Below are positions 19,766 to 28,738 of a stretch of 64,000 bases of DNA, one piece after another; the stretch's first letter is position 1, and each line of letters begins with the position of its first letter. This DNA comes from Candidatus Tepidifontimicrobium thermophilum. GTDB lineage: Bacteria; Sysuimicrobiota; Sysuimicrobiia; Sysuimicrobiales; Sysuimicrobiaceae. The stretch spans positions 42,775-106,774 of the forward strand of contig JAVKHO010000010.1 in NCBI GenBank assembly GCA_031459915.1, given 5' to 3'. Position numbers and translations under genes: made by a program. Under the pieces are notes generated by a model. The model ran no database searches. It was not told the DNA's origin and was given only the letters and a program-made list of their open reading frames with translations.

Positions 19766-20368
19766 GTGGCGGCGCTGGAGGCGCAGCTGTCGCCGAAGCA
19801 GGAGCACCTGCTCCGCTGCACGTACCAGGTGCTGGCGGAGGGGGGCCTGCGGGGTCTTTCCCTGCAGCGGGTCGCGGATCGGGCGCAGGTCAGCAAGGGG
19901 ATCCTGCTCTATTACTTCGGGACCAAGGAGAACCTGGTCCTGGCCACGCTGCGGTGGGTGCTGGCGCGGGTGGCCCGGCGCATCTACGCCGCGGTGCGGC
20001 GGGCCCGCACCCCCGAGGAGAAGATCCAGGCTACCATCGACGCCATCTTCGTGGATCCCAAAGCCAACCGGGACTTCTACCTCGTCTACACGGACCTGCT
20101 GAGCAGCGCCGCCCGGCAGCACCGGTTCCAGGAGCTGAGCGCTACCTTCCGGGGCATTGTGGACGCCGTGTACGGCCAGATCATCGAGGAGGGCGTGCGG
20201 GCAGGGGCCTTCCGGGTTCGGGACGTACAGGAAGCCGCGGCGGTGATGCGGGCCCTGGTGGACGGTCTGTTCCTCCAGTGGCTGCAGGAGCCCGACCCTG
20301 AGGCCACCCACGCCCAGACCCGGGAGCGCTGTAAGCACGCCCTGTTCACCTACCTGCGGGGCTCCTGA
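19766..20368 (+). CDS. TetR/AcrR-family transcriptional regulator
   Basis: N-terminal HTH LSLQRVADRAQVSKGILLYYFGTKENL. Confidence 0.9.
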   Translation: MAALEAQLSPKQEHLLRCTYQVLAEGGLRGLSLQRVADRAQVSKGILLYYFGTKENLVLATLRWVLARVARRIYAAVRRARTPEEKIQATIDAIFVDPKANRDFYLVYTDLLSSAARQHRFQELSATFRGIVDAVYGQIIEEGVRAGAFRVRDVQEAAAVMRALVDGLFLQWLQEPDPEATHAQTRERCKHALFTYLRGS

Positions 20369-20500
20369 CCGCGTGGGCGCTCGCCCTTGGGAATAGGGCC
20401 AGGCCCCGGACTGGTCCGTTTGCACCGGGTCGGCTGCGCTACCAAATCCGCGCAGGCTGGGCATTGCGCGCGCCCCGTAGGGTCCTTAGCATCGCGGCAA

Positions 20501-21166
20501 ATGCTGCTGACGGTGTTACGGGCGGGTGCGGTGCTGAGCCTGTTTGACGCCGCACACCCAGAGCGTACCCTGAGCGAGGTGGCAGAAGCGCTGGGGCTGC
20601 CGCGGTCCACGGTGCACGCCCTGCTTAAGACCCTGTGCGCGGCGGGACTGCTGCGCCGTACGCCCTCGCGACGGTACGCGTTGGGCACCCGGCTGCACGC
20701 GCTGTCCGCGGAGCTCCTGGCCACAGAGCCAGGGCTGGCGAACGCCGGCAAGCTGGTGGAGGATCTGGCGGCTACCTGGGGCGGGGTGGCGCGCCTCCTG
20801 GCGGTGGATCCCGCCTGGGGCCTAGTGGAGGTGCTGCGGGCCGAAGCTGCCGACGCCGACAGGCGGGTGCGGGTTACCCCGCACCGCTGCCAGGCGGTGG
20901 CGGACGCTGTGGCCGCGGGGGAAGGGGCACAGGGGTGCTGGACCGACGTGGAGGTCACACAGCCGGGGTGGTGCTGCGTGGCCGCAGTCCTGAGGGGAAC
21001 GTTGGGGGCGCTGGTGCTGGAGCTGACCCTCCCCGCGACACGCTTCTACGGGCACGCGGCGGCGGTGCGGGCGTCCGTGTTGTCCGCGTGTGGGTACCGC
21101 CTCGCCCAGGTGATCCCCCTGGTGCCCTGCCAGGCCTCCGCCCGGCGAACTCAGCTGGCTCGGTAG
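20501..21166 (+). CDS. IclR-family regulator with a shortened effector domain
   Basis: HTH TLSEVAEALGLPRSTVHALLKTL..Y.LG; C-terminus divergent (PGWCCVAA); start inferred. Confidence 0.65.
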   Translation: MLLTVLRAGAVLSLFDAAHPERTLSEVAEALGLPRSTVHALLKTLCAAGLLRRTPSRRYALGTRLHALSAELLATEPGLANAGKLVEDLAATWGGVARLLAVDPAWGLVEVLRAEAADADRRVRVTPHRCQAVADAVAAGEGAQGCWTDVEVTQPGWCCVAAVLRGTLGALVLELTLPATRFYGHAAAVRASVLSACGYRLAQVIPLVPCQASARRTQLAR

Positions 21167-21245
21167 ACCTCCCCCTTCGTCGCAGCGCACCGGGTCGCTC
21201 CGCTCTGGGGACCAGGGCCCAGACGCCCTCAGCCATCAGGAGACC

Positions 21246-22187
21246 TCAGACCGAGGGATCTGCGCCAGCTTCCAGTTGGCCTGTCTGAGGGAGGGACACG
21301 CGGACCAGCAGCACGGGACGCTGCCCGGCGGCTACCACCCGGGACGTCACGCTGCCCGCCCACAGGGCGCTCACCCCGGACCTCCCGTGGGTGGCCATCA
21401 CGATGAGATCCACCCCCTGACGGGCCGCCGTCTCCAGGAGGGTCTGCACAGGCTCGCCCCGCTCCACCGCGGTGCGGGCGGCCACCCCGGCAGCGCGCAC
21501 CCGGCCCGCCACCTGCTCCAGGTATCGACAGGCTTCCGTGGCCTCCACGTCCAGCAGCGCCGCGGCCGCGGTGGGCATCAGCTTCGCTGCGGCCCCGCGC
21601 TCACCGGGGATCGTCTGCACCGTGGGCACCACCCAGACGAAGAGCAGCTCGGCCCGGCAGGCCAGTCCGATGTGGGTCGCCGGGTTCACGGCCGTCTCCG
21701 ACGCCTGACTGCCGTCGAGGGGCACCATCAGGCGTCGGCACATGAACGCCGCCTGCCGGCCGTGGTCCGAGGGCGGCAGCAACAGGACCGGCACCTTGCC
21801 CCGCTGCAGCACTTGCTGCGCGACCCGTCCGTACAGAAGCCCGCGCAGCCCTCCCTGGCCGTGGCTGGTCATCACCACGAGGTCCGCGCCGGACGCCTCC
21901 GCGTGGCGGGCGATGGTGGCGGCCACGCCCTCGACCTCCGAACACACCGCCACCTCCACCCGGACACCTCGAGCTGCCATCCACCCCGCGGCGTCCTGGA
22001 GGTAGACCCGCGCCTGTTCCTCCGTCCGGAGGTGTGGGTGTCCGTGTACGGTTGCAGGAGCACTGACCTCGAGGACGTGGAGCAGGGTCACCGGTGCGTC
22101 CAGCCGGCGGGCCAGCTCCGCGGCGGCCGGCAGCGCGGACTCTGCCAGACGCGACCCGTCGAGCGGGACCAGCAGCCGCCTGAACAC
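21246..22187 (-). CDS. universal stress protein (tandem USP domains)
   Basis: Two LxVPLDGS..DLxVMxxHG..GxV repeats; GTG at 22187 with a GGAGG RBS. Confidence 0.9.
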   Translation of the reverse strand: MFRRLLVPLDGSRLAESALPAAAELARRLDAPVTLLHVLEVSAPATVHGHPHLRTEEQARVYLQDAAGWMAARGVRVEVAVCSEVEGVAATIARHAEASGADLVVMTSHGQGGLRGLLYGRVAQQVLQRGKVPVLLLPPSDHGRQAAFMCRRLMVPLDGSQASETAVNPATHIGLACRAELLFVWVVPTVQTIPGERGAAAKLMPTAAAALLDVEATEACRYLEQVAGRVRAAGVAARTAVERGEPVQTLLETAARQGVDLIVMATHGRSGVSALWAGSVTSRVVAAGQRPVLLVRVSLPQTGQLEAGADPSV

Positions 22188-22189
22188 CG

Positions 22190-23518
22190 CTATCCTCCCA
22201 CCGCCAGCCGGAACAACAGGAACGCGTTCAGGGCGATGATGAGAGCCGTCGCCACCCCGGCGAGGGCCGTCGTGAGAGGGTGGTTCGCCAGGGCCCCCAT
22301 GATCTCCCGCCGGCTGGTGAAAGCCACCAGGGGAACGAGGGCGAAGGGCAAACCGAAGCTGAGGACCACCTGGCTGATGACCAGGGTGCGGGTGGGATCC
22401 AGGCCCGCAGCGATGACGCCCAGCGCCGGGGCCATGGTCACCAGCCGGCGTACCCACACGGGGATCTGCCGGTGCAGGAAGCCCTGCATGATCACCTGCC
22501 CCGCCAGCGTCCCGACGGTGGACGAGGACAGCCCCGAGGCCAACAGGGAGATGGCGAACACCGCGCTGCTGGCCGGTCCCAGCAGGGGGGCGAGGGTCCG
22601 GTGCGCCTCCTCGATGCTGGCGATGTGGCTGAGTCCCGCGCGGTAGAAGGTGGAGGCGGCCATGATCAGGATGGCCGCATTGATCAGGCTCGCCAGCGTC
22701 ATGGCGAGGATGACGTCGATGACCTCGTAGCGGTAAAGGCGCTGCGCCTGCTCCACGGTCCGAGGCACGATGCGGTGCTGGGTGAGGGCCGAGTGCAGGA
22801 AGACCACGTGGGGCATCACCGTCGCGCCGAGAATCCCCGTGGCCAGCAGCACGCTCTCCGTGCCCGCGAACCGGGGGATCACCGCTCCCCGCAGGACGGC
22901 GCCCCAGTCAGGTCGGTCCAGGATCGTCTCGACCACGTAGCAGGCGGCGATCACGCCCACGAACCCCGTGATCACCAGCTCCAGGGGGCGGTAACCCCGC
23001 TGCTCGAGGGCCAGGATCAGGAGGGTGATGACGCCGGTGACCAGGGCCGCGGGCATCAGCGGGATACCCAGCAGCAGGTACAGCCCTAAAGCCGCGCCGA
23101 GGAACTCCGCCAGGTCAGTGGCCATCGCCACCAACTCGCTGATGACCCACATGCCCCACACCACCGGACGCGGCAGGCGGTCCCGGCACATCTCTGCCAG
23201 GTTCCGCCCCGTGGCGATGCCAAGTTTCGCGGAAAGGCTCTGCACGAGCATTGCGGTGAGGTTGCTGCTGAACAGCACCCAAAGCAGGGTGTATCCGAAG
23301 GCAGCCCCGCCCTGGATGTTGGTGGCGAAGTTGCCGGGGTCCATGTAGGCCACGCTGGCCACGAACGCGGGGCCCAAAAACGGCAGGATCCGGGCCGGCC
23401 CCCGCCGGGCGGTCCGCCCCTCGAGGACCTCCGCGGCGGTGCGCAGGATTCCGGTGTCCGCCGGGCGGGTACTGGCCTCGGCCGCTTCGGGGTCCGGTTG
23501 CCGAAAGTGAGGAGTCAT
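22190..23518 (-). CDS. mntH: Nramp-family Mn2+/H+ transporter
   Basis: YMDPGNFATN and GATVMPH signature motifs. Confidence 0.93.
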   Translation of the reverse strand: MTPHFRQPDPEAAEASTRPADTGILRTAAEVLEGRTARRGPARILPFLGPAFVASVAYMDPGNFATNIQGGAAFGYTLLWVLFSSNLTAMLVQSLSAKLGIATGRNLAEMCRDRLPRPVVWGMWVISELVAMATDLAEFLGAALGLYLLLGIPLMPAALVTGVITLLILALEQRGYRPLELVITGFVGVIAACYVVETILDRPDWGAVLRGAVIPRFAGTESVLLATGILGATVMPHVVFLHSALTQHRIVPRTVEQAQRLYRYEVIDVILAMTLASLINAAILIMAASTFYRAGLSHIASIEEAHRTLAPLLGPASSAVFAISLLASGLSSSTVGTLAGQVIMQGFLHRQIPVWVRRLVTMAPALGVIAAGLDPTRTLVISQVVLSFGLPFALVPLVAFTSRREIMGALANHPLTTALAGVATALIIALNAFLLFRLAVGG

Positions 23519-23916
23519 CCCCTGGGGATGGGCTCGCCGTGGGGGTCGGTGTCGGGATGGCCGAGCAGCTCGTCGAGCCGCCGCTCCAGGGAGTCGGAAA
23601 GGGCGTGCTCCAGGCGGTCCGCCTCCTCGTGGACCTCGCTGGGGTCCAGTCCCAGGACCCGGTTCAGGTACAGCTCCAGGAGGCGGTGCCGACGGACCAC
23701 CGCACGGGCGGCCGCCCAGCCGGCTTCCGTGAGCTGTACGGCCCGGTGGGGGTCGCGGCGCACCAGGCCCTGGCGGGCTAGGCGCTTCATCATGTTGGTC
23801 ACCGAGGGAGCCGAAACCTTCAGGCGTCCGGCGATCTGCCCCACGGTAGCGGCCCCGCCGGACTCCGAGAGGGCGTACAGCGCCTTCAGGTAGTCTTCCA
23901 CTGCCCTGCGCTTCAC
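23515..23916 (-). CDS. mntR: DtxR/MntR-family metal-dependent repressor
   Basis: EDYLKALY, SVTNM, RRHRLLE, HEEADRLEH and DPHGEPIP motifs. Confidence 0.88.
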   Translation of the reverse strand: MKRRAVEDYLKALYALSESGGAATVGQIAGRLKVSAPSVTNMMKRLARQGLVRRDPHRAVQLTEAGWAAARAVVRRHRLLELYLNRVLGLDPSEVHEEADRLEHALSDSLERRLDELLGHPDTDPHGEPIPRG

Positions 23917-23920
23917 GTCC

Positions 23921-23935
23921 TTAACATAGGCTAAA
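23921..23935 (-). promoter_or_regulatory. candidate DtxR/MntR box (TTTAGCCTATGTTAA on the minus strand)
   Basis: AT-rich imperfect palindrome directly upstream of mntR, in otherwise very GC-rich DNA. Confidence 0.4.
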
Positions 23936-23994
23936 GGCCGCGGTCGGGTGCAACCGGGTGGGCACCCGATGCGTCGGCGCGTCCCGATGCCAGG

Positions 23995-24043
23995 GGGACA
24001 GGGCCCTGGGCACAGAGCCGAGGGGACAGGGCCCAGGGGACAG
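23995..24043. repeat. degenerate heptamer tandem repeat, 7 units (GGGACAG GGCCCTG GGCACAG AGCCGAG GGGACAG GGCCCAG GGGACAG)
   Basis: 7-bp periodicity read directly from the intergenic sequence. Confidence 0.7.
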
Positions 24044-24058
24044 CAGAGCTCGCGAGGT

Positions 24059-25024
24059 TCAGCCGGCCAGGTACGTCCCCTCGTCCGTACGGCGGACCCG
24101 GCCCCGCCGCTTCAGGTACTCGAGGTGGCTCAGGGTTTCCACCACCGCGAACCGCACGTTGTGGCTGTCCAGGTCCTCGCCGAACAGGGCCATGCATACC
24201 TGGTAGGCTGTCCGGGGGCCGTCCCTCAGGGTTTGCAGTACCGCCTGCAGCCGCTCCCGGTGGTGGTCCATCAGCTCTTGGACCCGCTCCGCGAACGTGT
24301 CGTAGGGGTCGCCGTGCCCGGGCAGGACCCGGCGCACTGGAAGCGGCCGCAACGTAGCCAGGCTCCGGAGGAAGTCGTCCAGGGGGTCTTCGCTACCCCT
24401 GGGCCAGAGCCCGATGTTGGGGGTGATCCTGGGCAACAGGTGGTCGCCCGCCAGCAGGATTCCGGACTCGGGGTCCAGCAGGCACACGTGGGCCGGCGCG
24501 TGCCCTGGGGTGACCAGGACCTGCCACCTCCTGCCGCCCAGCTCCAGTGGGTCGTCGGCGCGCAGAGCTCGGGTGACCTCGGGCGGACGGGTGGGGGCCC
24601 ACACGCGCTTTCCGGACCGAACCACCTCCTCCACGAGGGGGGCGGGCACGCCCGCCTGAGAGAACTGGCTCGCCAGTTCGTCCCAGGTGGCCGCTTCCGG
24701 CTGGTACGCACGGGCCGCCTCCAGTTCCCGGGGCTCCATCCAGACCTCGCAGGCCAGCTCTTCTGCCAGCTCCGCGGCCATGCCGAAGTGGTCCGGGTGC
24801 GCGTGGGTGACCAGCAGGACTTCGGGCCGCACGCCCGCGCGCCGCAGGGCCTCCCGCAGCAGTGCCCTCGCCTCCGGTACGGGGTAGCCCGCGTCCACCA
24901 GAACCGGCGTGCCCCCGTCCCCCAGCAGGTAGACGTTCACCCACCGCATGGGGAACGGGATGGGCAGACGCAGCCGGTGGACTCCCGGGGCGACCGCTTC
25001 CAGCTCCGGGCGGAACTCCGTCAT
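24059..25024 (-). CDS. MBL-fold metallo-hydrolase
   Basis: THAHPDHFG, TPGHAPAH, AGDHLL and LPGHG motifs. Confidence 0.9.
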   Translation of the reverse strand: MTEFRPELEAVAPGVHRLRLPIPFPMRWVNVYLLGDGGTPVLVDAGYPVPEARALLREALRRAGVRPEVLLVTHAHPDHFGMAAELAEELACEVWMEPRELEAARAYQPEAATWDELASQFSQAGVPAPLVEEVVRSGKRVWAPTRPPEVTRALRADDPLELGGRRWQVLVTPGHAPAHVCLLDPESGILLAGDHLLPRITPNIGLWPRGSEDPLDDFLRSLATLRPLPVRRVLPGHGDPYDTFAERVQELMDHHRERLQAVLQTLRDGPRTAYQVCMALFGEDLDSHNVRFAVVETLSHLEYLKRRGRVRRTDEGTYLAG

Positions 25025-26211
25025 GCCCGGCCGAAGGCCTCGTGCCCCGTGATCTCCCGGCCCACGATCAGGGTGTGGATGTCGTAGGTCCCTTCGTACG
25101 TGTCCACCGACTCCAGGTTCGCCGCGTGCCGGATGGCGTGGTACTCGGTGGTGATCCCGTACGCACCCAGCACCTGCCGGGCCTCCCGCGCCACCTCCAA
25201 CGCCGCCCGCACGTTGTGGCGCTTGGCCAGGGACACCTGCGCGTAGTGCATGCGGCCCGCGTCCTTCAGCTGCCCCAGCCGGTAGGCGAGCAGCTGGCTC
25301 GTGGTGATCTTGGTGAGCATGTCCACGAGCCGCTCCTGGGTGATCTGGGTGGCCGCGATGGGGCGGCCGAAGGCCACGCGGTCGCGGGCGTAGCTGAGCG
25401 CCTCCTCGAAGCACGCCACCGCAGCCCCCACCGCACCCCAGGCGATCCCGTACCGGGCCTGGGTGAGGCAGCCCAGGGCCTTGCCCAGACCCACGCCACC
25501 CGGAAGGGCCAGGTCGTCGGGGATCTCCACCTCGTCCAGCACGAGCTCGCTGGTGACGGAAGCCCGCATCGAGACCTTCGTGTGGATGTCGTGGGCGGAA
25601 AACCCGGGGGTGTCCGTGGGCACGATGAAGCCCCGTACGGTGTCGTTCTCGTCCCTGGCCCACACGATGGCCAGGTGTGCGATGGAGCCGTTGGTGATCC
25701 ACATCTTGGTGCCGGACAGCACCCAACCGCGGGAGGTCCGCCGGGCGCGGGTGTTCATGGACGCGGGGTCGCTGCCCGCGGTGGGTTCCGTGAGCCCGAA
25801 GCAACCCACCAGCTCGCCCCGTGCCAGGCGCGGCAGGTACTGGCGGCGCTGCTCCTCCGAGCCGTACGCGTAGATGGGGTACATGACGAGAGCGCCCTGC
25901 ACGCTGGCGAAGGACCGGATGCCGGAATCCCCCCGCTCCAGCTCCTGCATCAACAGGCCGTAGGCGATGTTGTCCAGCCCTGCGCACCCGTACTCCTCCG
26001 GCAGGTTGGCGCCCAGCACCCCCAGCTCACCCAGTTTGGGCACCAGCTCCGTGGGGAAGCGGCCCTCCAGCCACCACCGGCCGATGTGGGGGAGGATTTC
26101 GCGGTCCACAAACCGGCGGACGGTGTCGCGGGCAGACCGCTGCACCTCCGTGAGCAGGTCCTCCACCGCGTAGAAGTCCGAGGGCGCTCGGTACGCCACC
26201 TGTTGGGCCAT
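25021..26211 (-). CDS. gcdH: glutaryl-CoA dehydrogenase-like acyl-CoA dehydrogenase
   Basis: ERGDSGIRSFASVQGALVMYPI, GCFGLTEP and NLESVDTYEGTYDIH are typical of GcdH. Confidence 0.82.
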   Translation of the reverse strand: MAQQVAYRAPSDFYAVEDLLTEVQRSARDTVRRFVDREILPHIGRWWLEGRFPTELVPKLGELGVLGANLPEEYGCAGLDNIAYGLLMQELERGDSGIRSFASVQGALVMYPIYAYGSEEQRRQYLPRLARGELVGCFGLTEPTAGSDPASMNTRARRTSRGWVLSGTKMWITNGSIAHLAIVWARDENDTVRGFIVPTDTPGFSAHDIHTKVSMRASVTSELVLDEVEIPDDLALPGGVGLGKALGCLTQARYGIAWGAVGAAVACFEEALSYARDRVAFGRPIAATQITQERLVDMLTKITTSQLLAYRLGQLKDAGRMHYAQVSLAKRHNVRAALEVAREARQVLGAYGITTEYHAIRHAANLESVDTYEGTYDIHTLIVGREITGHEAFGRA

Positions 26212-26225
26212 GACGCCTCCCTCCC

Positions 26226-27812
26226 TTACGGGTGCGGCCACCGTCCCAGCCACCGCGCCCGGCGCAACAGCGGGGCCAGCCGGTACCGCTCCTCTCCATA
26301 GTAGTCCCGCAGGCCGTCCAGGACACCCGCCACCGCCCGCACGCCGGCGCGCTCCGCCCAGGCAAACGGCCCGTAGGGGTGGTTCAGGCCCAACCGCATG
26401 CCCAGATCCACGTCCTGGGGGCTGGCCACGCCTTCACCTACTGCGAAGGCTGCCTCGTTGACCAGGGCGGCCAGAATTCTGGGGAACACCCCTCCCGGGG
26501 CGTCGCCCACGCGCAGCAGGGGAAGCCCCAGGGCCGCGAGGTAGGGGGTGGGATCGTTGCGGGCCCGCTCGTGGGCCGTCCACTCCAGCAGCTTCCGGTC
26601 CGCGAGCGGCGGCAGGGTGGCGTAGCCCGCCACCCGGTCCGGGTGCTGCACCCAGCCGGCGCACTCGCCCGCGGCGGCGTTGGTGCACGCCACCAGCAGC
26701 GCCGCGTCGTCGGGCAGGTGCCGGTCCAGGGCCGTCACCAGGGACCGCTTGCGGTCGCGGTCCTCCACCTCCGCCTCGAAGGCCGCGGCCACGTGAAGAG
26801 CTCGGTCGGGTGGGCCCGAGAGCTCTACGACCTCGAACCCGCGCTCCCGAAGGCGTCCAGATAGCTCGCGGGCCAGGGCGGTGCTGCCGGCCACCGCGTA
26901 CGGACCCGGGTGGGGCTGCGGGAGCGGCAGGGGCTGGGGCTCCGGGGCGGGCTTGGTGTAGTCGTAGAAGCCCCTTCCGGTTTTGCGGCCCAGCCTTCCC
27001 GACAGCACCATCTCCCGCTGCAGGGGGTGGGGACGGAAGCGGGACTCGCCCGCAAAGGCCTGGTGGAAGGACTGGGCCACCGCGTAGCCCACGTCGATCC
27101 CCACGAGATCCATGAGCTCGAAGGGCCCCATGCGGAACCCGCCGGCTTCCCGCGCGGCGCGGTCCACGGTGGCGCAGTCCGCCAGCCCCTCGCCCACCAG
27201 GCGCAGCCCCTCGCCGTAGAAGGGGCGGTTCACGCGGTTCACCACGAAGCCAGGGCTGTCCTTCGCCACGATGGCCGTCTTGCCCAGGGCGCGGGCGAAG
27301 GCCACCAGCCTCTCTACCACCTCCGGGGCGGTCTGCGGTGCCCGCACCACCTCCACCAGGGCCATCACGGGCGCAGGGTTGAAGAAGTGCAGCCCCGCCA
27401 CCCGCTGGGGAAGTGCGGTCACCGCGGCCAGCTCGGCCACCGACAGAGAGGAGGTGTTGGTGGCGAGGATCGCGTGGGGCGCCACCGCCGCGAGCCGGGT
27501 GAACAGGTCCTTCTTCAAATTCAGGTCTTCCGGGGCGGCTTCCACCACCAGGTCGCAGCCCGTGAGGACCTCCAGGCTTTCCGCGGTCTGCAGCCGCTGG
27601 AGGGCCTGCGACCGCGCCTCGGGGTCCAGGCGGCCCCGCTGCACGAGGCGCTCGGTGTCCTGTTCGATCCGCTCCCGGGCTTTGGGCAGTACTTCTGGGA
27701 AGGCGTCGTACAGGACCACCGAAAAACCGGAGGTGGCGCACACCTGGGCGATGCCGGCGCCCATGGTGCCCGCCCCACACACGCCCACCGTGCGGATGCC
27801 GTGTTCCCTCAA
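26226..27812 (-). CDS. 3-hydroxyacyl-CoA dehydrogenase (PaaH-like, two-domain)
   Basis: GAGTMGAGIA, ATNTSSL, GLHFFNPAP and PGFVVNR motifs; duplicated C-terminal domain. Confidence 0.9.
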   Translation of the reverse strand: MREHGIRTVGVCGAGTMGAGIAQVCATSGFSVVLYDAFPEVLPKARERIEQDTERLVQRGRLDPEARSQALQRLQTAESLEVLTGCDLVVEAAPEDLNLKKDLFTRLAAVAPHAILATNTSSLSVAELAAVTALPQRVAGLHFFNPAPVMALVEVVRAPQTAPEVVERLVAFARALGKTAIVAKDSPGFVVNRVNRPFYGEGLRLVGEGLADCATVDRAAREAGGFRMGPFELMDLVGIDVGYAVAQSFHQAFAGESRFRPHPLQREMVLSGRLGRKTGRGFYDYTKPAPEPQPLPLPQPHPGPYAVAGSTALARELSGRLRERGFEVVELSGPPDRALHVAAAFEAEVEDRDRKRSLVTALDRHLPDDAALLVACTNAAAGECAGWVQHPDRVAGYATLPPLADRKLLEWTAHERARNDPTPYLAALGLPLLRVGDAPGGVFPRILAALVNEAAFAVGEGVASPQDVDLGMRLGLNHPYGPFAWAERAGVRAVAGVLDGLRDYYGEERYRLAPLLRRARWLGRWPHP

Positions 27813-27858
27813 CCGGCGCCTCCTCCACTCCGTCCGCGCGGCCGTGCGAGCAAGCTGT

Positions 27859-28635
27859 CTACCGTCCGCGGAACGTGGGCTTCCGCTTCTCCAGAAAGGC
27901 CCGGACTCCCTCCTGCCGGTCCTCGGTGCCGAAGGCGAGCGCGGACAGCTTGCGCTCGTAGTCCAGCCCCACGTCCAGGGGGGTGTCCATGGACCGCAGC
28001 ACCGCCTCCTTGGCCAGCCGCGCCGCCACGGGGGCTTTCTGCGCGATCTCCCGGGCCAGGGTCAGGGCGTCCTGCAGGTAGGTCTCCGCCGGGGCCACGC
28101 GGTTCACCACGCCCCAAGTGTACGCCTCCTGCGCGGTGAGCTGACGTCCCGTCAGGATCAGCTCCATGGCGCGGTGCTTGCCTATCAGGCGCGGCAGTCG
28201 TTGAGTCCCCCCGGCACCCGGGATGATGCCCAGGTGGATCTCCGGCTGTCCGAAGCGCGCCGTCTCTGACGCCACCACCAGGTCGCACAGCATCGCTAGC
28301 TCCCACCCGCCGCCCAGGCAGTACCCGCTCACCGCGGCTACCAGGGGTTTGGGGAACCGGCGGATGCGGTCCCACGCGCCGGGCCGGTGGCCGGCGATCA
28401 TGCTGACCGCGGACTGGCCCACGAACTCCTGGATGTCCGCGCCCGCGGCGAAGGCCCGGTCGTCGCCGGTGAGCACTACCACCCGGCAGTCGGGGTCGGC
28501 CTCGAAAGCGTCCAGGGCCCTGGTGAGCTCGTCCAGCAAACGGGCGCTGAGGGCGTTCCGCACGTGCGGCCGGTTCAGGCGGACTAGGCCCACGTGCGGT
28601 TCAGGGGTTTCCACCAAGATGTCCTGGTAGGTCAT
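27859..28635 (-). CDS. enoyl-CoA hydratase (PaaF-like)
   Basis: AFAAGADI, GGGWEL and FGQPEIHLGIIPGAGGTQRL motifs. Confidence 0.9.
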   Translation of the reverse strand: MTYQDILVETPEPHVGLVRLNRPHVRNALSARLLDELTRALDAFEADPDCRVVVLTGDDRAFAAGADIQEFVGQSAVSMIAGHRPGAWDRIRRFPKPLVAAVSGYCLGGGWELAMLCDLVVASETARFGQPEIHLGIIPGAGGTQRLPRLIGKHRAMELILTGRQLTAQEAYTWGVVNRVAPAETYLQDALTLAREIAQKAPVAARLAKEAVLRSMDTPLDVGLDYERKLSALAFGTEDRQEGVRAFLEKRKPTFRGR

Positions 28636-28738
28636 AGCGCCCCTCCTGCGCTGGGATAGTCGGCGTGCCGTTGTTGCCGGGCGCTCCCTCGCGGGGCCCG
28701 TCACCTCGCGCGGGGCCGCGGGTGGAGGCCTGCCGGCG

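Noticed and set aside
23995..24043. CRISPR array
   Set aside because: Units are 7 bp with no spacers, and there are no cas genes in the window
23936..24058. yybP-ykoY Mn riboswitch upstream of mntR-mntH
   Set aside because: The conserved motifs could not be identified, and that riboswitch typically activates exporters rather than importers
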